From Octopus sinensis (lineage: Eukaryota), in contig NC_043001.1 in the NCBI RefSeq assembly GCF_006345805.1, positions 72,044,001 to 72,108,000 on the forward strand: a DNA stretch of 64,000 nucleotides, given 5' to 3'. Of the stretch, positions 1 through 12,490 are shown one piece after another; position 1 is the stretch's first letter, and each line of letters begins with the position of its first letter. A program made the translations under genes and the position numbers. The notes under the pieces were generated by a model. The model searched no databases and was not told the DNA's origin. It saw only the letters and a program-made list of their open reading frames with translations.

Positions 1-329
1 CAGGGTGTGTCACTTAACAATAAATATTTAAATTCAATATTGAAAGATTAAAGCAGTGGTCTTGAAAAAATTACAAAAATCGATTCCAGGTGAGAATGCG
101 ATCGATAAAGCCGTGGGAACGTGCATTTGTAAAATCGTTTTTCTTGGAATGGATAAAAAGTCTATCTATTTCTTCTTTTGCTGGTGTCTCAAATTTAGGT
201 TAAATCTGTATTTCTTAAAGGGGCGGCCTATGGGACGGTCGGACAAGTTGTTTTGAGAAAATTTGGTTTAAATGTTTGACAACTCAGCACTGTCCATTGG
301 ACAGGGAGGGGGCGTTTTGCTTGTAGACA

Positions 330-605
330 TATAATAGTGAAGTGCAATAATGCACAAATTTAATAGCATTGTGCAGCAATATGGGTATGAGTACAACATT
401 GTGCTGTAATGTACTGACATAATAGCATTGTGCAACAATGTGATGTTACATATAGACATACATTGTGTTGTAATTTACAAACATAACAGCAATATACGTA
501 ACAGACATACCAAGCATTGTGTTACAATGTACAGGTATAATACAATGTGCAGTAGCATGAACAAATACAGCATTGTGCAGTAATATACAGACATAACAGT
601 AATGT
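330..605. repeat. Degenerate ~30-bp minisatellite
   Basis: Recurring agcattgtgca-gtaat-gtacagacat unit. Confidence 0.6.
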
Positions 606-2465
606 TCACTGCAAGGACATTAAACTCTAATATACAGAATACAACTTAAAATAACTCAAGATGATAGCTACAATTGTTTTTGTAAAAGTTTAAAGTGTAT
701 CAGTGTTGTTCATTAGATTCTATGTTTTTGAAACTTTTATCTTTATCTTTAAAGATAGAAAATTGCTTAATATCTACACCTACACTATATTTCAATCAGT
801 TTGATTTCCACTTGCCATCAGGTATCTTATTCTTTATCATGGGTCTGTACAAACTGAATTCACTTTCATCATCTTTTAACATTTACTTTACTGTGTTTAC
901 ATTGGTGAGATAGATTTTTTATTGTGGCAAATTTTCTATTGTTGGATGCCTTTCTTATTGTCAACCCTCACCTGTTTTGAACTAAAGTGATAATTCCCTA
1001 CAGACAGACATGTTTACAAAGGAGATTGAGAACAAAAGACATCACTTTGTATGGTGACACTTGATTATAATTTTCATACGATGTGAAGGAAACACATGCA
1101 TGCACACACACAATGGGTTTCATTCAGTTTCTGCTTACCAAATCCACTCACATGGCTTTGGTAGGTCAGGAGTTATATTAGACAACACTTTCTCAAGATG
1201 CATACAGCCATACCTGTGCATTCGCAATGCTAGCATCATTTCTAAACAGGATTTTCAATAAGTACTTTATATATCTTTTACTTTTCATCCGTTTCAGTCA
1301 TTGGACTGCAGCCATACTGGAACACTGCCTCAAAGGGTTTAGTCAAATAAATCAACCCCACTACCTATTTTTTTTAAAGTCTGGTACTTTTTCTATCAGT
1401 CTCTTTTGCCAAACTGCTTAGTTACAAGGAGGCAAACAAATTAACACTAGTTGTCAAATGGAGGTGAGGGACATACACAAAGACACATGCATAGATATGT
1501 ATATATATAACAGGCTTTATGCATCTTCTTTATACCAAAAATACTCACAAAGCTTTGGTTGGCTCTGAGCTATAGTAAAAGACACTTACCCAAGGTGCCA
1601 CATGGTGGGACTGAACCTGGAACCATGTGTTTGAGAAATTTAATTTTTGTAAATGTGAAGAATCAATTTCAAAACTGTAAACTACCCAACATAGTTCATT
1701 AGGTTCCAGTATCTTCTACAGGTGTTTTAAAGGACATACTGGACATTGTAGTCCTTGATAAACATAGTCTGTATGGTTATAGCTGAAGTACAGTGAGTGA
1801 TTAGGTGTGTGTGTATGCACATGTACTGTGCTTTTGCTAATTGCTTTAGGTGCCTCTGCAGTTGTGAGCAGACATAGACACCCTCTTAGCCCACATCCTT
1901 GACCCAGCAGAGCATGATGACATTTTCAACCAGGCATGTCATTAGAGTGTTTGTTTAGCACAGCGGTTCTCAACCATTTTTTTTTTTTTTTACTATGGAC
2001 TCCTTTGATTACTATTCTCTTCTGGTGGACCCCTATAACCATTTATGTTTAAAAACTAATTTTATAGATGCTTCTTTGAAAATTCCTATTTTGTTTTTCA
2101 CATATTAACTTGTGTAAGTTGAACTATGTAAAATGTTAGAGAAAGAAACTGACCTGTTTCTTGCAATAAATATATAATTATGAACAGACATAAACATCTT
2201 GGCTCTCCCATTCTTGACCCAGCAGGGCGTTCAGGGTGTGACAGCTGAAGGAAGAGAGAACTGTACCAGTGCTAATGTAAGGTGCAATCTACTCGGCTGG
2301 TACTTATTACAGATGATGAGACTGGAGCACTGTGAAATGAAGTGCCTTGCTCAAGGATACAACATGTCACCGAGACCTTAGAATTACAGGCTACGTACCT
2401 TTATCAGTAATAGCTAAACTTCCTTGGATTGTAGAACTATTCAATCAGAATCAAGATATGATTAA

Positions 2466-2662
2466 CCCTTTAACATTCAAATTACTCTATGAAATATAAT
2501 GCTTATCCATTCACATTATCTTGAATTAATTATGCATTAAGTTGTAGCTTTGAGATTTGAATGACATTGTAGAGTATGTGTGAGAGGCCAGACCTGGCCA
2601 GTTGGAACATAAAACAGGTAAAACATTCTGGGCCGTATGTGGCTGGTTTAAATGCTAAGGGG
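2466..2662. mobile_element. piggyBac-type MITE (~200 bp). Related copies near 8676, 17365-17567, 34250, 36674-36893 and 43875-44136.
   Basis: TTAA|CCCTTTAACATT ... AATGCTAAGGGG|TTAA terminal inverted repeats with TTAA on both sides; the internal sequence recurs in the other copies. Confidence 0.85.
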
Positions 2663-2756
2663 TTAAACATGCTACTACTTCAATTCTTTATCCACTTCAA
2701 CTGCTTCTCTACTACATTCATTATGTTGACCCTTCAACCCCTTTTTACATTGACAG

Positions 2757-2853
2757 TGTGGAAGAAGGTTCAGAAGACTCTACCAAGATCCCACCCCGTT
2801 ATGCACCTTTACCAATATACAGTACCAGAAAATGTCTACCTGGAGCACAGCAA
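2757..2853 (+). CDS. POLE: POLE exon (WKKVQKTLPRSHPVMHLYQYTVPENVYLEHS)
   Basis: tgacag|tgtgg ... agcaa|gtaagc; matches human [30 protein letters not shown]. Confidence 0.93.
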
Positions 2854-2924
2854 GTAAGCATTCATTTCTAACATTGTTTTATATTTTCTAGAGACCAAAT
2901 TCTTTGATGCTACTTCATCCTTGC

Positions 2925-3320
2925 ATTGTGGCACTCTGTTGGTTACGACGACAAGGGTTCCAGTTGATCCAGTCAATGGAACAGCCTGCTCATGAAATTA
3001 GCATGCAAGCAGCTGAGCACTCCATAGACATGTGTACTCTTAACATAGTTCTCGGGGAGATTCAGCAAATTACTCTATGAAATATAATGACACAGTGTAA
3101 CAAGGCCGGCACTTTGAAATACAGGTACAACAGAAACAGAAAGAAAGAATGAGAGAAAGTTGTGGTGGAAGAATACAGCAGGGTTCACCACCACACCCTG
3201 CCAGAGCCACGTGGGGCTTTTGGATGTTTTCGCTCGATAAACACTCACAACGCCCGGTCTGGGAATCGAGACCGCAATCTCATGACCGCGAGTCCACTGC
3301 TCTAACCACTGGGCCATTGC
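2925..3320 (-). mobile_element. tRNA-derived SINE
   Basis: Minus strand starts TGGCCCAGTGGTTAGAGCAGTGGACTCGCGG...TCTCGATTCC (A/B-box-like) and runs into non-tRNA body sequence. Confidence 0.75.
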
Positions 3321-3933
3321 GATTCCACCATCTCAACTATATAAATAAGAGTTTTATGTATGTTTGTGGATATATCATGGAGAGGCTGTCACACAGTGCA
3401 TCCTCGAAAAACGGTTTTGGCTTTTAAAATTTGCATCCTACTGGGAAGGTTTTTCTGTAATTAGTAATAAAAAAGTATAATTTGTTTCAAGAAATAACTC
3501 AACTTTTAGATCACTTAATCTACCAATTTCTATATGTCTCTATCAGGCTCTTTTATGCCTTTACCCTTCTTACCATTTTTTTTATTGTAATGTTTTGCTT
3601 TCATTTTGTTTAAAACATGGTTTATGTAATTGTTTTCATTTTGTGATCGACAAAATAAGTGAATCACAAAATCAGTGTGAAAAAGTACATCAATATACCA
3701 AATTTTAAAATTTTCACTTAATTTTAAAATTTCAAAATCTGCGATAGCACCAGAATAAAGTCCTCCTCTATATATATTTACCACATTATTTCTTTATATA
3801 TGTATATCGTTTATGCTGAGTGTACATATGTTTGAATGCATCTGCATGTGTGTAAGGAATTTCATTAAGGTGACAGTCGAAAGACCTTCTCAAAGCAGCG
3901 AGCTAAGAAAAACTTTTACATCTATGCACCAAA

Positions 3934-5480
3934 TCATCATCATCATCGTTTAACGTCCGCTTTCCATGCTAGCATGGGTTGGCCGGTTCAACTGGGGTCT
4001 GGGGAGCCCGAAGGCTGCACCAGGCCAGTCAGATCTGGCAGTGTTTCTACAGCTGGATGCCCTTCCTAACGCCAACCACTCCGAGGGTGGAGTGGGTGAT
4101 TTTATGTGCCACCGACACAGGTGCCAGACGAGGCTGGCGAACGGCCACGCTCGGATGGTGTTTTTTATGTGCCACCGACACAGGTGCCAGACGAGGCTGG
4201 CGAATGGCCACGATCGGATGGTGTTTGTTACGTGCCCACTACACCGAGGCCAGTCGATGCGGTACTGGCTACGGCCACGTTCGGATGGTTTTCTTATGTA
4301 CCACCGGCACTGGTACCACAAAGATACAAATTCCATTAATGTTCATCTATTTTGATTTGGTTTGATTTTCACTTGCCTCAACAGGTCTTCACAAGTGTCA
4401 CAAGAAGGAAGGTATGCACAGGTGGACTGACTACGTCCCAGGTAGGGGCCACGGGTTATGGCCTCACTAGTCTTGCCGGGTCTTCTCACGCACAGCATAC
4501 TTCCATAGGTCTCGGTCTCTAGTCATTTCCTTGGTGAGACCTAAAGTTCGAAGGTCGTGCTTCACCACCTCGTCCCAGGTTTTCCTGGGTCTACCTCTTC
4601 CACAGGTTCCCTCAACTGCTAGTGTGTAGCACTTTTGCACACAACTATCTTTAGCCATTCTCGTCACATGACCATACCGGCGCAGCCGTCTCTCTTGCAC
4701 ACCACAACTAATGCTTCTTAGGTTCAACTTTTCTCTCAAGGTACTTACACTCTGTCGATTATGAACACTGACATTACACATCCATCGGAGCATACTGGCT
4801 TCATTTCTTGCGAGCTTACGCATATCCTCAGCAGTCACGGCCCATGTTTCACTACCATGTAGCATGGCTGTACGTACACATGCATCATACAGTCTGCCTT
4901 TTACTCTGAGCGAGAGGCCTTTTGTCACCAGCAGGGGTAAGAGCTCTCTAAACTTTTCCCAGGCTATTCTTACTCTAACAGTTACACTTTTAGCACACCC
5001 ACCCCCGCTACTGACTTGGTCACCTAGGTAGCGGAAGCTATCAACTACTTCTAGTTTTTCTCCCTGGAACATGGTAGACGTTGGTCTCTGCACATTTTCA
5101 GTGTTTATTGCTCCCGAGCATCTGCCACAGACAAAAACTATTTTCCTAGTTAGCCTTCCTTTGACATTGCTACACCTCTTATGTGTCCATAGCTTGCACT
5201 TGGTGCACCTTATAGAGTTTCTACCTACACCTTTTTTACAGATCGAGCAGGGCCATCTACCTGAAGGCGTTTGTGACTTGTCTACTTTCCTACTTATTAG
5301 GACTTTGATTTTGGCTAGATTGATTCTGAGGCCCTTCGATTCTAATCCTTGCTTCCACACCTGAAACATCTCCTCCAGTTCTGATAGTGACTCAGCAATT
5401 AGAGCAAGGTCATCAGCATAGAGGAGCTCCCAGGGGCATCCTGTCTTGAATTCCTCCGTTATTGCCTGGAGGACTATGAT
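3934..5480 (-). mobile_element. 5'-truncated RTE-clade LINE with an open RT C-terminal frame (5480-4467, 337 aa) and a 3' UTR ending in (GAT)n
   Basis: In-frame WELLYADDLAL upstream of ORF 4467..5369; VDSFRYLG, MLHGSETWAV and GRGRPRKTW motifs; Cys/His finger WPCSICKK...CTKCKLWTHKRC...CGRC; (CAT)n at 3934. Confidence 0.93.
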
Positions 5481-5700
5481 AAATTCGCAGAATTCATAAG
5501 CAAAGCAATGATCTTAAGTTCAACCTGCTACACCACACTATCATGTTTTGCGCCGTATGGTCACCACCTTATATAGTAGGGGTGGTATTGGCTTAAGGCC
5601 TTTAGGTGTTCATGGAAGAAAAGCAAAGGAAGACAAGGTGAGATAAGGACTTCCGGTACAGGTGGAGAGGGCGGGTGCACCGCACACTGGGAAAGATGAG

Positions 5701-5865
5701 GTAGAGATTTAAGCGACAAAAAGACAAGATTTGAGACGAAATGCTTTGTGGTCATGTGGATAAGTTTCTATGAGTGAAAGATGGGGTAGAGATTTAAGCG
5801 ACAGAAAGACAAGATTTGAGATGAGATGCTTTGCGGTCATGTGGATAAGTTTCTATGAGTGAGAG
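5701..5865. repeat. Tandem duplication, 85-bp period
   Basis: gtagagatttaagcgaca...ggataagtttctatgagtga occurs at 5701 and 5786. Confidence 0.85.
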
Positions 5866-7203
5866 TTTATATGTTGTGGAGAAATGCTTCAGCTAGCATT
5901 TGAGACGAAAGACAACGATAATAAAAGGGGAACAATAAGGCATGATGGTGATAATACTTACAAAAAAACAATGAAAGGAGGAAACAGGTCGGAAACTTAA
6001 ATATATCTTAGCTGATATTTTTCATCCTGAGGTTACAAAAGCAAAAAATTTATTTATACATTTTAAATTGCCCAAAATAATACAGAAATTTGTCATGATC
6101 AAGAGAAAACATGGTCTGACATGAAATAAAAAAAAATTTGAAATAATGGTATACTATTGTGAAAATTGCCCGACAGTGACAGGATACTGAGCTAGTATAC
6201 ACGTAAATATACCCAGTTGTTCAGTGATACAATTAAGTACTCATAAATTGTAAACATGTTTACTCATAATTGTACAGATTAATTGATTGGAAGATTCTAT
6301 GTCTTGGTGGATTTATGAAGAACATTCTGGATCAAATCTAGCTAGCATCATTAAAATCAAATAGAATTAAATTAAGTTATAATTTCTGTGACATAACCCT
6401 TAATCAGTGTTGTTCATAGTCCCTGATACCATTATTTCATTGTCATCATCATTATCAACATTTAACATCCATTTTCTATGCTGGCATGGGTTTGACAGCT
6501 TGACAGGAACTGGTAAGATCAGGGGTCACACCAAGATTCTATAGTCTGTTTCAGCTTGGTTTCTACAGCTAGATGACCTTCCTAATGCCAACCACTTTAC
6601 ACCAATGCTTTTTACATGGTACCTTGGTTTTCATTCATATCAAACCTTCCTGTTATTTCTCAGACCATTCAAATAGAAACTAATAATGTTCTTTGTGAGA
6701 TTGCTGTTTCATTATCATTATTGTTTTAACATCTACTTTTTCATGATTGCAAGAATCAAACAGAATTCATTATAGCAGATTTTCTAGAGCCAGATACCCT
6801 TGCTTGTTTCCATGGAAGATTGGAAATGAATGACATTGCTTGTTTGATGGTGACATTTGTTCACAACTATCTTGTGCTTTCAAGACAAGGAAACACTAAC
6901 ACATACACATCTTCTATCTGCCAGATCTACTCACTAAGCTTTGGTAGAAGACACTGGAACCAAGATACCACACAGTGGGACTGAACCTGAAACAATGCGG
7001 TTAAGAAGCAAACTTCTTAACCCCACAGCCACAACTGTACCTAGAAACTTTTAAGAGCAGTGAATTGGCAAAATTGTTAAAGTGTTGGTCAAAATGCCTT
7101 GTGGTTCCAGTTTTTTACATTCTGAGTTTAAATCCCACTTTGTCTTTCATCCCTCCAATGTCGATGAAATATAGTACTTACTAAGTACTGGGGTCAATAT
7201 AAT

Positions 7204-8159
7204 TGTAGGAATACGACCGTATGTGAGGAGGTTGGTGACATAGGTCTCCTTTGTAAGCCACACGGTTGCATCCCTAACAAAATAAGACAAGCCATAATAC
7301 AACTTATTCAACAGTGCCAACAGAATATAAATGAATGAGGACAAGCCGTTCCACTGTTTGAGAGAAAATAAGATTTTATTTACAAGGTGTTAAGGTTAGA
7401 GGGTTGTGAGTGCTAGCCAGTGTTGTGTATGTGTGCATGCAACAAGTGTTTGTGTATGTATGTTATAAGAGTGAACATAGAGAACAAATAGAAATGTCCA
7501 GACACAAGATAGAGAAACCAGTTCGTAAAGTACACAATAGCAGTTGGTTCTGTGTCAATGAAGTTGGGGCAAAGAGGTGAGCAGTTACTATGCGTGTAGA
7601 AGTTGGGGCTTCGATCCATTTGCCAGTTTACATCGGTACAGGAGATCTCGCCGGTAGAGTTGTGCTGTTACCCTTGGTGTGTCTACACGAACAGTGTGTA
7701 AGCTAAACTTGAGCGAGTTGCTGTGTACATATCGTTGAGGTCAACGGTAGAGAACGGCGACAGTGGTGGAGACATCCTGCGTTGCCGGTGTATGTTGGCG
7801 TCATCGCTGGCTGTAGCAGGAACATGGCTGGTGTGGTCGTTGCTGGAACTGGCTGCTCTGTGGTGGTGTGGTCAATGGCCGAAGACCAAAGACCTGGAAT
7901 GGTAAATCTGAGGCATTTTAAAGCATTCTAGAGGCTCCAGAAGAACATCCAAAAGACTGTGTCATGTGACCTTATCCTAAGGCCGTGATTAGTTGGCTTT
8001 GGACAGTGGCGCGAAATAAGTAGAGACAAACCGCGCTACATGTCAACCAATCAGATCAGTGGACACAATAGAAACAACCCAGCCAAAGATGGCTGTAATC
8101 TCAAACGAGATCATTCCTGTTGTGTCTCTCAAACAGTGAGGATATCAGCTACCACTACA
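7204..8159 (-). mobile_element. Solo LTR (family 1), inserted into a SINE
   Basis: TGTAG...CTACA termini; 4-bp TSD TAAT (7200-7203, 8160-8163); minus-strand AATAAA at ~7375; CCAAT boxes; alignable end to end with 56556-57595. Confidence 0.88.
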
Positions 8160-8292
8160 TAATCAACTGTTACCTTCCTTCCTCCCTAAATAACATAGAA
8201 GCCTTGTACCTATGTAAGAAGACCTTCATCATCATCATTGGCTATGTGTTCCATGTATTCCTATAATCAATTACATCATGTTTATATTTCAG

Positions 8293-8431
8293 TGAAATCA
8301 ATGCTGATCTATCATCTCCAGACATTGAAGGTGTTTATGAGACTCAAGTACCATTATTGTTCCGTGCCTTGGTCCAGTTGGGTTGTGTTGTCACAGTCAA
8401 CAGAGATTATGCTAGACTTCTTGCTGGCAAG
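8293..8431 (+). CDS. POLE: POLE exon ([46 protein letters not shown])
   Basis: tttcag|t gaa atc ... ggc aag|gttagt; phase 2 in, phase 0 out. Confidence 0.96.
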
Positions 8432-11008
8432 GTTAGTTTCTTTCTTATTCTTTAACTCATCTTCTTGTCCACACGAAACAACTTTTTGTGACTCAAACAG
8501 ACAGCCTGTATGTGGTCACTCAATTTGCTTGAAATTTCAGCCAAATCTATCTCAGTCAAATCAAGCCCTACTGTCTTAGAAAAAGATACATTTAATACTG
8601 TGAAAAATACAGGATGGTTGTAGTTGGAATACTATGGATGATCAGTTTGCTAAAGCAGAAATGACCAGGACTTAACCCTTTAGCATTTAAACCAGCCATA
8701 TCAGGCCAAAATGTTCTACTTGTTTTATGTTTAAACTGACCAGATCCAGCCTCTCACACCTACCCTACAATGTCATTGTGAAAGTAAGCAATCACATCAT
8801 TGAAATTTCAAAGCTATGGGCTAATGCATGATTAATTCAAAACTGAATAAATATGCATTTCATTTGACGGCATAATCTGAATGCTTATCAGAAATGGTAA
8901 AATGTCAGACTAGTTGGTTTTTCCTATTTATTGTCTATCTACTGTTTTATTGTACATGACTTTTTATGTATGACCTTCTATTTCCTCCTCCTTGGCCCAC
9001 TCCTATTTTCCTTACATTCCTCTCCACAAAACTGAGATTCACCATTGTCCACACCTCCATCCATATTCACCTTTCTCTGCATTCACTTCTATCCTAATCT
9101 CTCACCATCTGTCACTCTCCTTTCTTACTCTCACAAACGTACCCACCCAGCCATCCTTGACTCTCTGTCCATCTTTTTGTACCTTGAGAATAAATTTTAA
9201 CACCTCATTTCTACCATCATTTCTCCCTTTCTTGCGGGGATAGCCATGTATCTCCTCAACAACAAGACATCTGTTCCTGTCCCTCTGTCATTCTGTTGTC
9301 TCTCAACACTTGACTTAAAGCCCTCTCCCTCAAGGCTGCATCCCACTTGGTCTAAGTGTCTTGTCTTGTGAGTTACTTGGTGACTTTACAAGTGCTAATG
9401 CTTTGAAAAAAGCACTGACCATGTAAAGTGGTTGGCATTAGGAAGGGTATCCAGCCGTAGAAATCATCCCAAAGCAGACATTGGAACCCAGCACAGTCTT
9501 CTGACTCATCGGATCCTGTTGAACCATCAAACCCATGCCAGCATGAAAGACAGATGTTAAATGATGACTTTCTTTCTTCCATGTAATGAGTTAAAATTTC
9601 ATTAAAGTTACTTTCTCAGATCATTCTTCAATGGTATGTATGGAAGAAGAGTCTAAAATAAATGCCAATAACACACTCAAATCAGTTTAATTTAAATCTA
9701 CACTTCATAGTAATTCTGATTCTAGAAGGACTCGATTTTCTTTTTCCTTTTATTACTTTGTGGAAAGGAATTGAACTTTTGACTGTTACAGTTAAAACAT
9801 GAAATAGAAGAAAACAGAATATCAAACTAGATTTATATCGCCAGTCTATCAATATCCTGTATAGTGTTGTTCTTCTATATATGCCTATGTTCACTGGATG
9901 TATTGAATCAACTCTAACTTCTGAATCTACAGCATTGTGAACAGATGTGTTGGTGGCTAGTGGTTGAATGGAAGATGGGAAATGAGTGAGGGAGTGAGTA
10001 CAGTGAAGAATAAGTGTTGAACGGTGATAAGTAGGGAAGATAGAGTTAAGTAGGTAATGACTAGAAATTAGAAGTATGGTGGATGTAGTGAATGCTAGAT
10101 TGGGGATGATCAATGATACATATGAGTTTGGGAGATATTGAGGAGAGTGGGAGATGATGTATAGTGCAGAAAAATATGGGTGGGTGAAGCAGAATAGTAA
10201 TAATGGTTATACAGTAGTCAAAATATGTCAGCCTTGTAACTGAAAAATAACAGATCGAAATTTGTAGACCATCGTCCATTTCTTTTTACCCTTCTAGTGT
10301 CCAACAAGGGTAATAAGGAGCTCTTTGGCTCCACATTTACCATTTTTCCCAGACCTCCCTCTATAGAACTCTGGCTCTCTGGGCTCTTCTTCTGCTCAGT
10401 TTAAACAGAACATTAATGGCATTAACCTTGCCAGTCTTGAAGGGTTTGCAAGAGTTGTGGGCCCTGCCCCTTCCTCCATACTCATCATCATGATTTTAGC
10501 ATCCTTTTCTTCATGTTTGCATGGATCAAACAGAATTCATTGAAGCAAAAACTGATTTTCTATGGCTAGAAATCCTTCATGTCATCAACCCTCACTTGTT
10601 TACAAGCAAAGTAATATTTCCCTATGACCAAACATGTCTTTGCAATATTGGGGAAAAGATTAACACTGCTTGTATGATAGTGACAATCATTCATGACTCA
10701 CATGATGTCAAGACAAGGAGACAGTATACACACAATATATACTTTTAGTTTCCATATGCCAAATCCACTCACAAAGCTTTAGTAAAAGACACTTAGCAAA
10801 GGTGCCACCTAATGGGAATGAACCTGAAACCATGTGGTTGAGAAGCAAACTTTTTAACCACACGACCATATCTGTGCAAGAGAAACAAAAATAAAAACAA
10901 AACTATCCCATGCTGTTCTGTCGATCTTTACATCTTTGGTAAATCATTATTAAGTTTAACTACTCCATCCAATCTTTCCTCTTCTCATTATTACCAAATC
11001 TCTTCCAG

Positions 11009-11115
11009 GAGACTGACACATTTGATATGGAGATGCTGGAATTCCGTACTTTGGCACAATATTCATACTTGGAACCTGGCTCAATGAAGCACATCTATTT
11101 TTACTGCCACAATTG
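11009..11115 (+). CDS. POLE: POLE exon ([35 protein letters not shown])
   Basis: ttccag|gag act ... aat tg|gtaag; matches human LAQFSYLEPGSIRHIYLY. Confidence 0.96.
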
Positions 11116-12042
11116 GTAAGACATTTTTGTAAGAATCTCTTGTTACAAAGTGTTATGAGAAGAATATAATTGGATGTTGGTAACATATTTGCATATAAGA
11201 CTTGGAAATAAGTTTGTATTAATAATGAATAGTGATTATGTATTGTCATGTGAAAGTGGGACCTTGTGTCATTAACTATTTACCTACATATCTACATACA
11301 TACCTATACCTACACATATTCATATCTGCATATATACATACATATGTCTGTAACTCCTTGATGGAATGGTAAGGGCACTGTTGTAACATATGCCATGTCT
11401 TGGACATTTTAGATCTAATAGGTACTATCCTTCTTCATTTCTAATCACAACCAATTTCCCAGAAAGAGATAATCAGAAGGGAATTGATCCTAGTTCAGAC
11501 TAGTTCTTTATTGGCCCCTAGAGGACAAAATGCAAAGTTGACCTCAGCGTGACTTGAACACAGAACATAGATAGCTAGAGTGGTTACCACTATAACTAAA
11601 TAAATAAATATTTATCCAACCTCCTGGGTGAACAATATCAAGGCACCAACAATAGAGAAGCTGTCATGCCCTGAACAAGACAAACCCCTCAACCTTACAT
11701 CATCTCTGTTTACAGACTGTCCTGAGTGCATTTTTTTAATGGTGCCAACACTTGTGAAGTAGTCTAGCACCCACATTCAGACCCAACATCTGGTTCCTAC
11801 TCCTTATTAACATTTTGATCTTTAGGCTGGGCAATATCTATACTGACCTCATCAATCTGAGAGCAAGGTGGTATGCCTACAAAGATCTTGCCACTTTCCC
11901 TTTCCTTTCCTTCCCTTACTAATTTGGTTTTAAAAGGAAGTCAATCAATACTTTTAACTATGCAACTAAACCTGACCCTTGAAATTGCTGACATTCTGCC
12001 TAATTTAGGAAAAAATTAGTATCATTTGTAAAGTGGCAAGCT

Positions 12043-12490
12043 GGCTGAATCATTAGTACACGGGGCAAAAATACTGATTATTATTTCTTCCATTTTTGAC
12101 ATTCTGAGTTCAAATTCCTCTGAGGTCAACTTTCACTTCCATCATTTCAGGGTCACTAAAATAAGTACCAGTCAAGTACCAGGCCAATGTAAACAACTTA
12201 CCCCTTCCTCCAAAATTGCTGGCCTTGTACCAAAATTTGAAACCATTATTATTATTATTACTACTACTACTACGGTGAGCAGGCAGAATCATTAGCATAC
12301 CGGGCGATATGCTTAGCAGTATTTCGTCTGCCGTTACCTTTTTGAGTTCAAATTCCACTGAGGTCGACTTTGCCTTTCATTCTTTCGGGGTTGATGAAAT
12401 AAGTACCAGTTATGCATTGGGGTCAATGTAATTGGCTATCCCCTCCCCCAAATTGTCAAACCTTGTGCCTACAGTAGAAAGGATTATTAT
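12043..12490 (+). mobile_element. Two tandem tRNA-related SINEs with a gtcgactttgcctttcatcc...gataaaataagtaccagt core (Meta-domain-like, from memory). Other copies near 7057, 14436, 27022, 33122, 47855 and 56516.
   Basis: Shared body gcttagc...ttctgagttcaaattcc...gataaaataagtaccag...ggggtcaatgtaat, with (ATT)n tails. Confidence 0.8.

Noticed and set aside
4100-4320. Regularly spaced repeats resembling a CRISPR array
   Set aside because: There are no unique spacers, the context is eukaryotic, and the array is part of a LINE 3' UTR present in several copies.
4467-5369. 300-aa ORF as a nested host gene
   Set aside because: It is the RT C-terminus of a 5'-truncated RTE LINE; the frame continues upstream to YADD and there is no promoter or true start.
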